NCBI RefSeq assembly: GCF_001194135.2
Contig: NC_068989.1
Span: 3,202,158 to 3,266,157 of the forward strand
Length of the DNA: 64,000 nt
Reading direction: 5' to 3'
Origin: Octopus bimaculoides
Lineage: Eukaryota
Shown: positions 63,251 to 64,000 of the stretch, in pieces
How the letters are laid out: each line of letters opens with the position of its first letter
Position numbering within the stretch: position 1 is the stretch's first letter
Notes under the pieces: generated by a model
Told to the model about the DNA's origin: nothing
Databases searched by the model: none
What the model saw: the letters and a program-made list of their open reading frames with translations, nothing else
Position numbers and translations under genes: made by a program

Positions 63251-63725
63251 GTTCTATATTTAAGAGATGAGCAATTATGTACATTATTTACATTTGACAG
63301 ATAATTGTCTTCATCTTGTTTGTTGTTAACACAACGTTTCGGCTCATATACCCTCCAGCCTTCATCAGATGTCTTGGGGAAATTTCGAACCTGGGTTCTC
63401 ATTCCTAAGGTATTTTTCTGATGTTATTATTATTATTAAGGTCACTGCCTGGAATCAAACTTGGAATCTTGGGATTAGTAGCCCGCGCTCTTAACCATGG
63501 GCATATGGTGTAGTGGTTAAGAGCGTGGGCTACTAACCCCAAGATTCCGAGTTCGATTCCAGGCAGTGACCTTAATAATAATAATAACATCAGAAAAATA
63601 CCTTAGGAATGAGAACCCAGGTTCGAAATTTCCCCAAGACATCTGATGAAGGCTGGAGGGTATATGAGCCGAAACGTTGTGTTAACAACAAACAAGATGA
63701 GGACAAATATCTGTCAAATGTAAAT
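63251..63725. mobile_element. Family E complete head-to-head inverted dimer (tRNA head plus hammerhead in each arm)
   Basis: 212-bp inverted arms (63286-63497 and 63514-63725), 16-bp spacer, and a 35-bp tail on the left arm only (63251-63285). Confidence 0.95.
63639..63682 (+). ncRNA. Minimal type I hammerhead ribozyme motif (mirror copy on - at about 63329-63372)
   Basis: ACAT-CTGATGA-A-GGCT(ggagggtatatg)AGCC-GAAAC-GTT-GTGT. Stem III has no loop and is the palindrome AACGTT. Confidence 0.75.
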
Positions 63726-63930
63726 GTGAATAATATCCCTAATTTAACTTTAAATCTTGGTACAAAATTTGGTTCCTTTCATTGTTTTAGCTTTGACCCA
63801 AATATAAATCAATCTAAAAAGGATTGTTTAGTCTGCTTCAGGGTCTTAAAATGGAGTAAGTGGATAGAGTTGCTCAGTTGTACACTTTGGCTCAATTTTA
63901 GCTGCCAACAACCATTGACCTCCATTGCAG

Positions 63931-64000
63931 AAGTACAGACGTCTGATTAGAAAACTTGCAGAACATTCAGACTGGTTCTCATTGCTCGACGGACGCTACA
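63931..64000 (+). other. Open frame running off the window (candidate exon or retroelement RT piece)
   Basis: Acceptor-like cctccattgcag, then KYRRLIRKLAEHSDWFSLLDGRY. Confidence 0.2.

Noticed and set aside
63497-63572. Apparent tRNA gene (loop CTACTAA, anticodon ACT)
   Set aside because: T-stem and acceptor stem pair poorly and the sequence is embedded in a repeat at several loci, so it is a SINE head.
1-64000. CRISPR arrays, rRNA genes, operons or other prokaryotic systems
   Set aside because: None seen. The sequence is eukaryotic repeat-rich DNA, and the recurrent repeats are dispersed SINEs rather than repeat-spacer arrays.

Overview
This is AT-rich eukaryotic draft-assembly DNA with 13 N-gaps and dense (TA)n/(CA)n/(CT)n/(GAT)n microsatellites. 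The repeat types suggest an octopod cephalopod, probably Octopus (inference, not verified by search). No long ORF in the six-frame track is a credible gene: they span gaps, microsatellites or decayed transposons. The window is mostly intronic or intergenic and holds four high-copy SINE-like families (A-D). It also holds remnants of RTE-clade LINEs, an RLE-type LINE, a Penelope-like RT, a hAT transposase, Helitron helicase fragments, a Helentron-type HINE and several MITEs. The most notable feature is a fifth family (E), found at 4 loci. It joins a tRNA-derived Pol III head to a minimal type I hammerhead ribozyme and occurs as a head-to-head inverted dimer with a 35-bp tail on one arm only. Two unrelated hammerhead-like motifs are also present. 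A CpG-retaining patch at about 45.3-47.6 kb may be a promoter. Several short candidate exons, mostly on the minus strand, hint at a long-intron host gene that I could not identify. Repeat boundaries were read by eye and are approximate to about 20 bp unless stated otherwise.
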